64,000 nucleotides of DNA from contig NC_058368.1 of NCBI RefSeq assembly GCF_018350175.1, positions 174,594,001-174,658,000 on the forward strand, given 5' to 3'. A model generated the notes under the pieces. The model made no database searches. It saw nothing but the letters and a program-made list of their open reading frames with translations, and had not been told where the DNA came from. Below, piece after piece: positions 12,742 to 24,755 of the stretch (its first letter is position 1; each line of letters begins with the position of its first letter). Position numbers and translations under genes: made by a program. The stretch is from Felis catus (Eukaryota).

Positions 12742-13142
12742 TTTTTTTATTTTTTTATTTTTGATTTTACTTTTTTGTTTTTATTATGTACTATATTGAT
12801 ACACCGCATAACCTTCTAGAAAGGGCAGATGAGCATAACCGAGTTAATCCTCATCGGTCAGGAAAAGGCTTCTTTAATCAATATTTTCCAAACCCTTTGA
12901 CACATAGTAACGATTAACTCCAGAGATGCGCCCGTCTCTTTGCATCAAACTCCACTGATACCGATAATAGGCAACCCTTTTTTCCTTGCCCCCGTTACAG
13001 AACCTGTGGATGTGCGCAGTGGCTATGCCGGGGATGACCAAGCACACTGCCATGACGCCGATCCCGGGAAGAATCTCGAACCACATCGCGCTGCGGCTGC
13101 CAGGACCGAGCCCCTCCTTCCCGGCCCCCTAAAGGTGACCCC
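12742..13142 (-). pseudogene. NDUFA1: Processed (retrotransposed) copy of NDUFA1 mRNA: 5' UTR, CDS, 3' UTR and poly(A)
   Basis: Intronless; AATAAA (TTTATT at 12780-12785) and an A-tail remnant; 17-bp TSD AAGCATTACCTCCTTTA at 12725-12741 and 13143-13159; TT/AAAG L1 endonuclease-type site on the minus strand. Confidence 0.95.
12874..13086 (-). CDS. NDUFA1: Intact 70-aa NADH:ubiquinone oxidoreductase subunit A1 (MWFE) ORF within the retrocopy; expression unknown
   Basis: MWFEILPG...NGGKEKRVA...[12 protein letters not shown] matches mammalian NDUFA1 at its native length; ATG to TAA with no frameshift. Confidence 0.85.
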   Translation of the reverse strand: MWFEILPGIGVMAVCLVIPGIATAHIHRFCNGGKEKRVAYYRYQWSLMQRDGRISGVNRYYVSKGLENID

Positions 13143-13438
13143 AAGCATTACCTCCTTTAAACCCGATCCCATGAGGTGGGAACTCTGAGTCTCCCCGCTT
13201 GGCTAGATCTGCCCACAGCGCGTGTATACTGTCTCAGGCAAACACATCCCAGCCTTCCACCTGCTGCCCCTCACACACATCCATGGGCACATGAGAGAAG
13301 TGAGCAGCGTGGTCCAGAGGTTATATCAGTGCCTGAGTGCATATCCTGGCTCTCCCGCTTACCGGGGAGACACGGGGCAAGGTGCTTCACCTCTCTATGC
13401 CTCAGTTTCCCCGTCTGGAAAACAGGGATCCAATAGTA

Positions 13439-13810
13439 CAGTTGGTCCTCACGACTCATGAACCCCATACTTGCGGATTCAGCCACTGGCGTGCAATGAC
13501 CCGTGACCCCGAAATGAATACCTGCGGTGTTTCATGATCATTCACGAAGACTCATTCAGACAGGAGTTCCAGTGCTGTTGGCCGTGGGTTTAGTGTTGAC
13601 GGATCAGCAACATATTCAATGAAATGTCTTTAAGCAGAGACACATGAAACAAGGTTATGTATTGACTGGCTGACAGAAATGTTGTGAGCAGAGGCTTACG
13701 CAACCCTGACCTTGTGATTCCCCTGGGAGCAGTGGTTCAGAACTCATGAATTCGGAGTGTTGGTGGGGAATTTGTGGAACGAAACTGACACGACTAACAA
13801 GAATGAACTG
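13439..13810 (+). mobile_element. MER82-like TcMar-Tigger element (internally deleted) inserted in a plus-strand MIR
   Basis: TA|CAGTTGGTCCTC...GAATGAACTG termini; internal AAACAAGGTTATGTATTGA and TTCCCCTGGGAGCAGTGGTTCAG; MIR halves at about 13340-13438 and 13811-13910. Confidence 0.8.
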
Positions 13811-14908
13811 CGCTGGCCTCGCAGGGTGACAAGATTTGAGTAAACAAATGCCCACCAGGCTTGGAGCTATATGGCTGCCATACAGGAAGCGTGGAGAAAT
13901 GTTAGCTTCTACTCTTAGTTACCTGGAAAGGCCACCCTCATATTCACCACCTGGGCCTTCCTTCTGGATTCTTCCAGTCCTCCCTGCCTTGCTGAATCTC
14001 TGACACCGAGGAGAAGAAGACCAGGATCCTCTGGGCGCCTGTCCCACCTTGTACAAAAATTGACGGTAGTGATTTCTACGCCGGGCCATCTCTGCCACAT
14101 GGTCGCGTTTGACAGACTGCCCTGTGGGTGTGTGGGACAGTACGTGTCAAACTCCCAACGGTGTCTCTACTGTCTAAGGGCGCAGCCTGGCTCTCTCTCA
14201 TCTCTCTAATCTGGAAAACAATCTGGCCTTCTGGAAGGTTCTCTTCCCCATTATTTGGGAAGGCTTAGGGAATCCTTGCTCAGACTCTGGGGTGACAGGC
14301 GGGGGTGGGAGTTGTAAAACGGAAGGTCTTTGCAGCTTCAGGATGAAGCCGAGAACTTCAAGGCGGAAGCAAGACCCCGGGTGGGAAGGACCCTGGCCTT
14401 GACAAAGCCTTTTCTTGAGCTCCTTCCCAGTAGCGTGGATTTCTGCCATCCTCCGGGGCTCTCTGCCTCCAGAGTGCTCTCAAGCCCACGTCCTGAATGC
14501 TGAGCCCCTTAGTGACCACTCAGAGTGAAGCTTGTCCACCTGACCATGACCACCCTCCTCTGGCTCTGACCACCACCCCTCTTCTGTTGCCAAGACGTCC
14601 TCCCTTCTCCACCTAATTTAGGTCCCTCGAATAGAAAGATCCATTTAAAGTCATTTAATTTTCTTTGAGAAGAGTGAAGGGGCTGATGAGTCTTCGGAAG
14701 AATTCACCAAAAGGAGAAATGGTCACTCCTTCTTTGTGAGCAGCAGGGCAATCGTGTCCCCGTTCTGATATTACACATGCGGTTACTTGCCCCCCGTGAA
14801 CGTCTGTTTCCCAGGGGCAAACAAGGTTTGGCATGCTTGCCTCTCCCACGTGGAGTCCTGAAGACTGAGTGAGTAACCCAGGGAAAGCCCCCAAATGATC
14901 ATCCAGCA

Positions 14909-15192
14909 CCGGGCTCAACAAACTTCCTCTGCAAAGGGCCAGATAGAAAATCTTTCAGACTTCCTGTCCCTAAAGCGGCCATCAACAATATGCCGAGGAC
15001 TGGGTATGGCCGTGTTCCAATAAAACTTCATTTATGGACACCGAAATTTGAATTTCATACAATTGTAATGTTTACAAAATTTTATCTTTCTTTTGATTGC
15101 TCCTAACCATTTAACAGTGTAAAAAAAAATTCTTAATTCACCAGCTCTACAAAACCAGATTTGGCCCACGGACTGTAGTTTGCCAACCCCCT
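14909..15192 (+). mobile_element. MER58B-like hAT-Charlie element
   Basis: AAAGGGCCAGATAG...GTGTTCCAATAAAACTTCATTTATGGACACCGAAATTTGAATTTCAT...GTAGTTTGCCAACCCC. Confidence 0.8.
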
Positions 15193-15549
15193 ATCTGGTA
15201 TGTAGTCATTACTCAATAAACGTCAGCCTCAGTGACAAACAGGATCTTCCTTTGTAAGTCCCTGGCTCCTGATGGAAGTCAACTTGGTGGCACCTTTCTC
15301 TGAAGGCCTGCGACTGTTTCACTACCCTCCAAGAACAGTCTAGAAAGCACAGTTTTGAAGATTCTTGGTAGAAAGGCAAACACATTTCATCCACAGTGAT
15401 CTAGGCCAATGGCACTTCAAGAGAAGGTGGGAGGAAGGTGGGCTTGGAGTCACAGGAATTGGGTTTCAGCTGCAGGTGTTTAACGAGCTCATTAACTTTT
15501 TGGCCTCAGTTTCCCTCAGGAGGGACATGGAGATAATACTACTATTCTA

Positions 15550-15770
15550 ATAATAAAAGTAGCTAACACCAGTGAGTCACATGAGGTGATTTACCTATAT
15601 AAATTTACTTAATTCTTATTACAACACTGTGGGTGCCATTATGATTATTTATTTATTCCTGTTTTACAGACAAGGAAACTGAGGCACAGTCATGTTAGCT
15701 CATTTGCTCAAAGTCATATAGTGAGGCAGAAATAGTCAGGAGTCAAACTTGGGTACTTTAAAACTTCATC
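15550..15770 (-). mobile_element. MIR
   Basis: TTTTACAGACAAGGAAACTGAGGCACAG core. Confidence 0.7.
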
Positions 15771-16520
15771 ATGCTTAGCCAACCTTTTTAAACTTCAAGC
15801 TAAACTTTAGAGGTTGCCTAATCCATTCCCTTAACTTGTTCCTATTTTCGTATATTGGGTAACCCATTCATCCATCTGCTGGGCTGGGCGCTGGTGATAC
15901 AAAATAGGCAGGACACCATTCTGGGTGTCTAGGATCCCCAAAGGTGGAGAGGGAGACAGATAAATCAACAAACAAGGCAACACCACTCAACTGAAGTCTG
16001 AATAGTGTTGGGAGGGACTCAAGACAAAGAGTCATTGGTCTTAGAAGTTGGCAGGGGGTGTTTGCGAGGGGTGGGGAAAGGTATCAGGAAAAACTTCATA
16101 GGAGATGTCACTTCTGAGTTGGGCCTCTGAATCCCTTGGCTTGGCATTCAAGGCTTTTCATAGCCTTGACCCAGTTTGCCTTTCCAGCATCCCATCCTGC
16201 CTCTTTGCCCACCCAAAGCTTCACTTCTATATTACCAGACCATTCATGATACTTCTCAACAGTTGGCCCATGGACAAGTGCAGCAGGGGACAAAGCTTTC
16301 ACTATCATGTGGCAAAATTAAAAGAGGGTCCATGAGTGACTCCACCATAAGCCTACATTTGTTCAGTGGGAATTACGTGCCATTTTTTTTTTACCATGTT
16401 CTTCCTAATTTGTTGATGTAAAAATAACCTTTCTTTTTTAGAAATGAAATAAGAGTAGAAGAGATGGTAGTTTTTTTCCTGTTGATTATTTCACTTGGCA
16501 TCCCTGCCCCCCATCCCACT

Positions 16521-16521
<1 letters not shown>

Positions 16522-16550
<29 letters not shown>
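16522..16550. repeat. (CA)n microsatellite
   Basis: Read directly from the sequence. Confidence 0.95.
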
Positions 16551-16551
<1 letters not shown>

Positions 16552-18467
16552 TGGTTGCCAACACTCACCATTTTTTCAAGACAGTGGTCCGTGAAATTGC
16601 AAGCCTACGACCAGCACTCAGAACCGTGAGCCCAGTTTTATCCTTGGGATCCACTGACTGTGATCCTCTCTTACACTGATCCCACCAGAAAGTGCTTTGG
16701 GGGTCTCCGCCCTTCCCCAGCCTGCCGGCCTTTTCTTGTGTGTGGCACCCCCTCTTGGTTGGCCCACCCCAAATCCACCGCTTGCCCCTTTCACCGTGCA
16801 AAGACTGCTGTCTACCCCATGGTCCAGCTGTCAGATACGTGGTTCCACCCTCCACACTTCCTGTTGAGTTAGACCAGTAAGCCCTTCTTGACTTCATTCA
16901 TACACATGGCCTAACCTCTGACCATTACCAGGAAAAAGAGACCTGATCGCCTCTTGAAAAAAATACTTTTTATGAAATATTTGTAACATTAACAGAAGTG
17001 CATAGACTAACGTAATGAACACTTGGGCAGACGACAACTCAGCTTGGCCAACACTCAGATGTCCAATGGAACATCACTCCATTCCTTCCAGATCTCTTAA
17101 CCTTTTCTTTCAAATAAAACATCACAGCACTGAAGTTCCAAGGTGCCCCTTCTGCCCCCATTTACTCTCCTCCCCAGAGAAAACATTCGAACTGAAGTGA
17201 GCGTATATCCTTCCTGTGCATGTTTTTGTACTTTTACTCCATTGGTAAGAACCCAGAAGTAACACTGTCTTAATTAAATGGTAGCAAACTCCAGGCGTCA
17301 TCGTGAACTTCCTTTACCGTAATCCAAGATTGTGTTTTCTGATATTTATCCATATACCTTGACACCCTTCATACGAACGTGTGTGGTGCTCCATAGTTAC
17401 GTATTCTTGTCTCCTGTTGATGGACTTCTAGACCGTTTCCAGGTTGGGGATATTGCATCCAGAGCTGTGAAGACCTCTCGATGACCTCCTGTGCAATTTG
17501 GACTCCCTTTTAATAATTTTTCTGATATGTCTGATGATGCCTGAGCAGCAAGGAAATGCCAGGCAATGAGGAAAAACTGAGGCCGGTGCTCCTACAAAGA
17601 GGCAAGGCTGAATCTTGACTGAGTGGGAAATGACACCATCCCCTGGAGGAGTTCAGAGATCACCTCTTCTTCAGGAATCAATTTCTGATTTGTTTCCTTT
17701 GGACACCTTGCCCCAGGGCCTTCGCGCCGGGGAAGAGCTGCTCAGCCCCGGGGCTGGAGGCGGCCAAGGTCTTCCCAGGATATTGCTGCTTGTGGAGATT
17801 TGCAAAGACTCTTCCATGGGTGCGGGTAATTGCACAAAGTCGTCTGTGAGTTTCATAAGTCAGTTTAGCAGCCATATAATTGAGGTAGTTTAATTTTAGC
17901 TCTTCATTTCTCCTTATAAGAGGGAGCTGTTTCTGAGAAATCTAAAAATTTTCCTTTCCCCAGAAGAAGTTTCTTTCAAGCCTGAACTAATCTCAGGCGG
18001 CGGCACACTCGCGGCATCATCCACGTGAGGTCTAGCAAAAGGCTTGTCCCAAGTTTGCTGGCCCCAAAATTAGCCCCGTAACTTGAGTGTGAGTTTCAGA
18101 CTGACTCCTTTCCACTTGCTCTGCTTCTGGCCTGGCGACTGAAGGATTCAGGCCCCACATCAGCCAGTCACTTGTGATGCTGCTCGGGTGGCAGGCAGTC
18201 ACCTCAGGCCAAAGAGCTACAGATTTGCAGGAATGGGTTCTCGGTCACCTCCCACAATTCTGGTGAGGCTCAAAAAGTTATGTTCAAAATCCCGGGGAGC
18301 TTCTGATCTTAGCATCAGCTTGAATTGGACCCTACCTGCGGGAAGATGTTTCTGAGTCATTCTTTCCTGTCTCCCCAGGGAGCAGGGCAGGAATTCTAAG
18401 AAATCTGTATGTAAATTAAAGCCATTGTTTTCGAAACTGCACCACTAACCTTGTCACACTTTTGTTT

Positions 18468-18646
18468 GATTTATTTATTTTTAAGTTTATTTACTTACAG
18501 AAGGAGAGAGAGTGGGGGGGGGGGCGGAATCCCAAGCAGGCTCCACACTGTCCAGCCCGTGGGGCTGAAGTCACCAACCCTGAGATCATGACCTGAGCCA
18601 AAATCAAGAGTCGGACGCTTAACCGACGGAGCCACCCAGGCGCCCC
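18468..18646 (-). mobile_element. SINEC
   Basis: TSD CACTTTTGTTT at 18457-18467 and 18648-18658. Confidence 0.92.
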
Positions 18647-19089
18647 CCACTTTTGTTTTAAAACTTAGTAAAGGCTCTTGATGGCTGACTGTAAAAAGTG
18701 GGAGCTCTTTAGCTTGACATTCAAATCCCTCCCGTGAGCTGGTCCTGCTGACTTTTCTAGAGTCGGTCTTATTACTTATTTCCTTCTCATACTATCTATT
18801 TTCTTTTCACATGGAACTACATACTTTCCCCCACTGCATACACCCTTTTACACTCTTGTGATTTCGAATTGCTTCTCCCCCTGCCCAGAATTGCCTTCCT
18901 TCTCTGCTGTGGCCTCAAATTCCTATTCATCTGTCAAGACCCAGGTCAAATGCCCCATCTCTTAGCAACCTTCACACCCATCCTTAGCCACCTCACCCAT
19001 CTGTGTATTATAATCTTTCATGTGTCTGTGTGTCTGTCTCTCTAAACAGACTTCAATTTCTGTGATGTACTCATCTCCCAGGACAACGT

Positions 19090-19320
19090 AGAGGTTCATG
19101 GTTTGGGAGCTCTGGAATCCAACAGGCTCTGACTCATATCCCAGCCCGAGCACAGCTTAGCTGTGTGACCTTGGACAGTTACTTAACCGCCTTTAACATC
19201 ACATTTGGCATCCATAAAATGAAGATGTGTCAATCTCATAAGGGGGTCGTAGGGATGCCAGAAAGGCACTTAAGAAAGGGCCTGACACATAGTAAATGCT
19301 TGATAAATGTCAGCTACATT
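19090..19320 (+). mobile_element. MIR
   Basis: GCTCTGGAATCC...TAGCTGTGTGACCTTGGACAGTTACTTAACC...CCTGACACATAGTAAATGCT. Confidence 0.75.
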
Positions 19321-19914
19321 GATGAGGCTGTCATTTACTTTTAGCACCCAGCACGTCTGCGGGCACCTAGTAGGTGGTCAATCAACATTAGTTATATAAA
19401 AGTTCACTGCAAGTATTTTGGAGACTACGACTAGCGCTCAAGTGCTGAATTAACTAACTCATTCAAGCCCTGAGCTTCCTCGGTCAATCAGAAACTGTAA
19501 GCTCTGGGTACCACCCTTGACCTTCAGCCTGAACCCTTTGCAGGTGTCCTGCTGGAACTTTGGTCGTCACGACTCTTGGGGCTCTGAAATTTTTTTGCTT
19601 CCCTTTTCTTCATCTGACTTTAGGTTTTTGTGACTTCTTCACTGGATCCTAGGGAATTTTAAATACAAATTATCACATCACGGAAACATCCTGATATGAC
19701 AGCTGCTGCTTTGTGCAGCAATATTTCAGACTTTCCAGAACAAATGATGAGTGCACTTGGAGATATATGCAAGGTACTTGGGGATCATTACCAAAAAGGT
19801 GCTCTTTGAGAATTTGAATATACTTAAAAATAAAATAATAATAATAATAATGATTCTTAGAGTTTGACCTGTGCCGTTGAGATGTGATCCTTTATACGTT
19901 TAGATGCACATACA

Positions 19915-20092
19915 GGGCACCTGGGTGGCTCAGTCAGGTAAGTGTCTGACTCTTAAAATCGGCTCAGTCATGATATCACAGTTGGGAGATCGAGTCTTAC
20001 GTCAGGCTCCACGCCTAGCGTGGGTTGTCTCTCTCTCTCTCTCTCCCTCTGTCCCTCCCCTGTTTGTGCACTCTCTCTCTTTCAAAAAAAAT
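19915..20092 (+). mobile_element. Older SINEC
   Basis: GGGCACCTGGGTGGCTCAGTC head; TSD ATGCACATACA at 19904-19914 and 20093-20103. Confidence 0.9.
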
Positions 20093-20438
20093 ATGCACAT
20101 ACAAGGAATTTTATGTTGGAAGCATATGGATGAGACAGCTTCACAGTATGTCTTTTCTGAGTACTAACTATTAATTTGGGTGTTAAGCCCTTATTTACTT
20201 GGGTAACACAGAGCCCTGCCATTCAAGTAATCACCAGCAAATAAAACCTTCATATGCATTACTGGCAAGAGGATGGATTAGCACCCCATATAACCCAGAT
20301 TATTTCCAATTCCTGTCTCCCGTCTCTTGTGACATTGCTGTCATTCGTGTCACTTAGCACATGGGTAAGCACATGGGTCACCCAACACATTGTTCCTATT
20401 ACTATTTTGAAGTTGTCTTTCAGATCAATCGAGGACGA

Positions 20439-20895
20439 CTGTAGGCCCCCCTTATTCACGATTTCGCTCTCCACGATCTCGGTTAACCGTGGTCAGCTGC
20501 AGTCCGGAGGCAGATGAACTCCTCCTCCTGACCTATCTCCTCAGAAGGTCAACAGTAGACTAACGCTGTGTCACATTGCCTGCGTCACTCACCTTACGTC
20601 ATCTCATCACGTGGGCATTTTGTCACCTCACATCATCACAAGAAGAAGAAGCGTGAGTGTAACACAATACGATATTTGGAGAGAGAGGGAGAGAAGGACC
20701 ACATTCACATAACTTTCATCACGGTATAGTGTTGTAATCGTTCTATTTTATTATTTTTGTTCACCTCTCAGTGTGCCCAGTTTCTATATAAATTTTGTCA
20801 TAGGTATGTATGCATAGGAAACGACATAGTATATGTAAGGTTTGGGACCAGGTACCCGGTTGCAGGGGGGTCTTATCAGATAAGGAGAATGACTG
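20439..20895 (+). mobile_element. MER44-like (Tigger7-derived) DNA transposon within an old L1 relic
   Basis: GTAGGCCCCCCTTATTC...GATAAGGAGAATGACTG termini; internal GACCACATTCACATAACTTT and CATAGGTATGTATG. Confidence 0.8.
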
Positions 20896-21339
20896 AAAAA
20901 ATTTCTCTTTTATTATTTATAAAAGATTGCATTCTTTTCTTTGCTACATTTATTGATTCCTTTCCCATTTCTCTTCCTTTCATTGTGTAGTCCTAACTTG
21001 CTGGCCCGCACTATTTTTCTTCTCCCTGCACTGCTCCTGCTGGGGCTTTTCCACTAGTTTTGTTTGTCTGCAAAAATGTTTATTTCTTGTTTACTCTGAA
21101 AGATCATTTCACTAGACATGGATTTCTAAGTCAGTGGCTTATTTTTTTCGACACTTTCAACGTTGCACTGCACCCTTTTTCCTTGCATGTTTGCACAGTT
21201 TCTGAAGAGACGCCTGGGTTAATTCTGACCTCTGCTGCTTGGTGTTCTGGGAGCTTCCTGAATCTGTGGTTTGCTATCTGTCACCAATTTGAAAAATCCT
21301 CAGTCGTCATCCCTTCTACCTTTCTTGTCTTCCTCCGTG

Positions 21340-21915
21340 TATTCTCACATGGTCAAGGAAGAGACCTCTGGTACCTTCATCCCCTTATAAGGGGACCAAT
21401 CCCAGTGCTATAGATTAAATGTTCGCGTCCCCCCCCCCCCAACAAATGTATATGTTGAAACCTAGTCCCCAGCGTTGATAGTATTTGGAGGGAGAGCTCT
21501 TTGGGAGATAATTAGGTCACAAGGGTGGAACCCTCACTAAAGCGATTAGTGCTTTTAGTAAAAAGGCCCCAGACAGATCCCTCACCCAATCCTGCCAAGC
21601 AAGGTTACAGAGGGAAGATGGCTATCTGCGAACCGAAGTAGGCTCTCACCAGATACTGACTCTGCCAGCACCTTGATCTTGGACTTCCCAACCCTGGAAC
21701 TGTGAGAAATAACTTCTGTTGTTTATGCCACCCAGTCTGTTAACAGGTATTCTGTCTTGACGGACCAAGCAGACTAACGCACTCCATCATGGAGGCTCCA
21801 GCCCAATGACTTCACACAAACACGATGACCTCCCAAAGGCCCCACCTCCACTTACTACCACATTGGGGATTAGGGCTTCATTATATGAATTCGGGGGAGA
21901 CACATTGAACCCTCA
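21340..21915 (-). mobile_element. MLT1-family MaLR LTR, split by a second MLT1
   Basis: TCTCACATGG...CTTATAAGGGGACCAATCCCA, then ACCTCCCAAAGGCCCCACCTCC...TTGGGGATTAGGGCTTCA...ATGAATT. Confidence 0.7.
21406..21781 (+). mobile_element. MLT1A-like solo LTR
   Basis: TG...CA termini; GCCAGCACCTTGATCTTGGACTTCCC...AACTGTGAGAAATAA. Confidence 0.8.
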
Positions 21916-22828
21916 CCACCCATAGCTTGTGTGCCCATCACACGAGAGGCCTCTCCCTTCCCTGAACTCACCACACTCCTTCCTATCTCCAAGTCTCTTC
22001 CTTCCAGGTAGAGTTGCCTTCCCCACTTCTCAACCTTCCAAATCTAGCTGAAATAACCACTTCGATGGTGCAGCTTCCCTGAGCCTCCGGGGAGCCTCAG
22101 TCACCCCCCTGCGCTGGGCTCCTGCCGCCCCCCTAAGCATGCCCATCTCAGCACATAACTAATTCCCCCTCACCTCACCCCCTCAGGCGCATGAGCCCTT
22201 CGGCAGCAGGGGCTGACTGACTCCACTTTGCCTCCTTAGGGACGGTCAGTCAAGTAAAAGTTGAATTCAGACCCCAAGGACCTCTTCACCATTTGTCCTG
22301 GCCTCTTTCCTCCGCTACTCACTGCTTGGAGGCGTCATCCTATCACTGTTATTTTTTTTTCTCTGAAATTCAGGGTGAAAGCTTGCTCTCTGCAAGGCTC
22401 CGTCCTTTCTGGGCCTCTGCGTTCCCGCCTTGACGTGTATGATTCAACCATCTCTGCAAACACGTTCCTATGCTTCTTTCGGCTCCCATCAACCAGACAA
22501 CCGCATTTATGCTGAGGCCCTAAATTTAGTTTCCTCTGTAGAAGTTTAAGGGCCATTTAGAGCAACTACGCCACTAATCTGAGGTGACAGTTTCAGCCTC
22601 GTGCAGAATTTGCCACCACAGCAATGTGGCAGATGAATGCGTCAGCTGACTGCTCCCTGACCCTCGCCATTCAAGCCGCCACCCTTGCTAGTCGGTGCGG
22701 TCCCTGTCGTCTGCAAAAGAAGCCAGCATCGTGCTCTCTGTAGGTTTGATGCCCAAAGAGGGACTGAGTTGTAGGTAGAAACCTCAGTCCAAAAGCCCAG
22801 GTGAGTGAGAAATAGAGCTTTATTTTCT

Positions 22829-23054
22829 TTTTTTTTAAATATTTTTTTCAACATTTTTTATTTATTTTTGGGACAGAGAGAGACAGAGCATGAACAGGGG
22901 AGGGGCAGAGAGAGAGGGAGACACAGAATCGGAAAGAGGCTCCAGGCTCTGAGCCATCAGCCCAGAGCCTGACGCGGGGCTCGAACTCACGGACCGCGAG
23001 ATCGTGACCTGGCTGAAGTCGGACGCTTAACCGACTGCGCCACCCAGGCGCCCC
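22829..23054 (-). mobile_element. SINEC_Fc (young subtype)
   Basis: Perfect TSD AGAGCTTTATTTTCT at 22814-22828 and 23055-23069. Confidence 0.97.
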
Positions 23055-24401
23055 AGAGCTTTATTTTCTACAATGCAATTTAATGCCTGACTCGAAGTGT
23101 TCCCCTCTGACTGACTGGGAGAAAACTTCACTTTGATCTTTTTCTGTAGTTTCCAGCACGCGTGTCAGGTGGGGCCAAACTCTGGGATCTTATGCAGGGT
23201 CAAGGAGTCTTCCGGCGGGAAGGTTGGAGATGGGGTGGGAGACAGGGCCTTTTGTCCTTGGTTCGTCGTCTGTACAGGTTGCTATCAGGTGATGCCTACT
23301 TTCTGTCCTCAGGTTCTGTCAGGCCTGGTGACTTCTTGCTACTTTTGTTTCATGTGTATTTACACTGGGATGTTTTGCAAGGCCCTCGGTTGCCTCTTTG
23401 GCCATTTCTTCAGGGTCTTACTGCCTCCCTGCAGGGGTAGTTCAGGTGGTATTCAAGCCCCTTGGCCGGGATGCACACAGATTTCTCACCCTTCCTCAAG
23501 CCCAGGGGCATCTCTTTCTCCTCTGAGGTGCAGAAAGCTTTGACGTCACCCTTTCTTTGATCAAGAAACTCTGTTTAGGCCCCAAGTACCTTCCCTCTCA
23601 GGTCTTCTAGAACATTCTCCTGGATATGTAAGGTCCCACCTTTAGAACACAATAGCCAGGAAGTCTCGTAGGCCACTTCCGCTTTCTGCCCCGAAACACA
23701 CTGTCCTTGAGGTAAGTAGTCAGCAGACAGCTGACCTGAGTAAGGGAAAGAGAGGGGGCCAATGTGCAAAGAAAATCATGTAGATTCATATTTCAAAATA
23801 TTACCAAGCCGTAGTCAGGTGGTAGGGGGTCTTATGGGGTACAGAGACATTTTCTCATCTCAGTCTCAATAATCTGCTGGATCAAAACTCTCCTGAGCAT
23901 GGAAGTGCTTTCTTTTCTGCTTATATTGTTCAGATACGATGCAGATAACTTTGGTTCGCGCTCATTAATTGCAATACTAAATTCCTCATGTAAAACATAG
24001 GCTTCTTCTGTCATTCACGTAATGTGATATCGTCCTGGAGTAGATATGAGACAGAGGGACGGTCGAATCGAAGGCTATACGTTTGTTGTTACAACAAATG
24101 TGTTGGTTGTCTCTCCAAAAGCTTTCTCCAGTGTGGTTACTCTGATCAGTTGTACACGAGACACCCATCTCATCTGCAGGTGTGTTGGACCAGAGAGCCT
24201 CTGACAAAACGATGGCTCCCGACATAAGAAACACAAGGGACACATAGCCCTTGGCTTTGGAGAAGCCAGGCAGGCTCCCCGCTGAGAGTCAAAAAAAAAG
24301 AATGTTTCGATTTAAGGAAAAGTTGTTGATTCCAAACAAAACGAGAGGGAGTCGTGTAACAATGTTAAATGGATTTTTTTTTTTAAAAATCTGGACTCAG
24401 A

Positions 24402-24622
24402 GGGGCGCCTGGGTAGCTCAGTCGGTTAAGCGTCCGACCTCAGCCAGGTCACGATCTCGCAGTCCGTGAGTTCGAGCCCCGCGTCAGGCTCTGGGCTGAT
24501 GGCTCAGAGCCTGGAGCCTGTTTCCGATTCTGTGTCTCCCTCTCTCTCTGCCCCTCCCCCGTTCACGCTCTGTCTCTCTCTGTCTCAAAAATAAATAAAA
24601 CGTTAAAAAAAATTTTTTTTTA
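24402..24622 (+). mobile_element. SINEC_Fc
   Basis: TSD AAAAATCTGGACTCAGA at 24385-24401 and 24623-24639. Confidence 0.97.
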
Positions 24623-24755
24623 AAAAATCTGGACTCAGAATTTCAGCTGAACCTCAGAGCTTCGAGAAAGGCCGGCTAAGTACTCTGCTTTCTAAAGGGA
24701 GGCACTGGGCAGAATCCCACAGTGACCAGAGTTCATCTTTTCAGCGACCGGAAAT

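Noticed and set aside
12742..13142. Parental NDUFA1 gene or a mitochondrial insertion (NUMT)
   Set aside because: The parental gene has introns and is nuclear-encoded; the poly(A) and TSD show retrotransposition.
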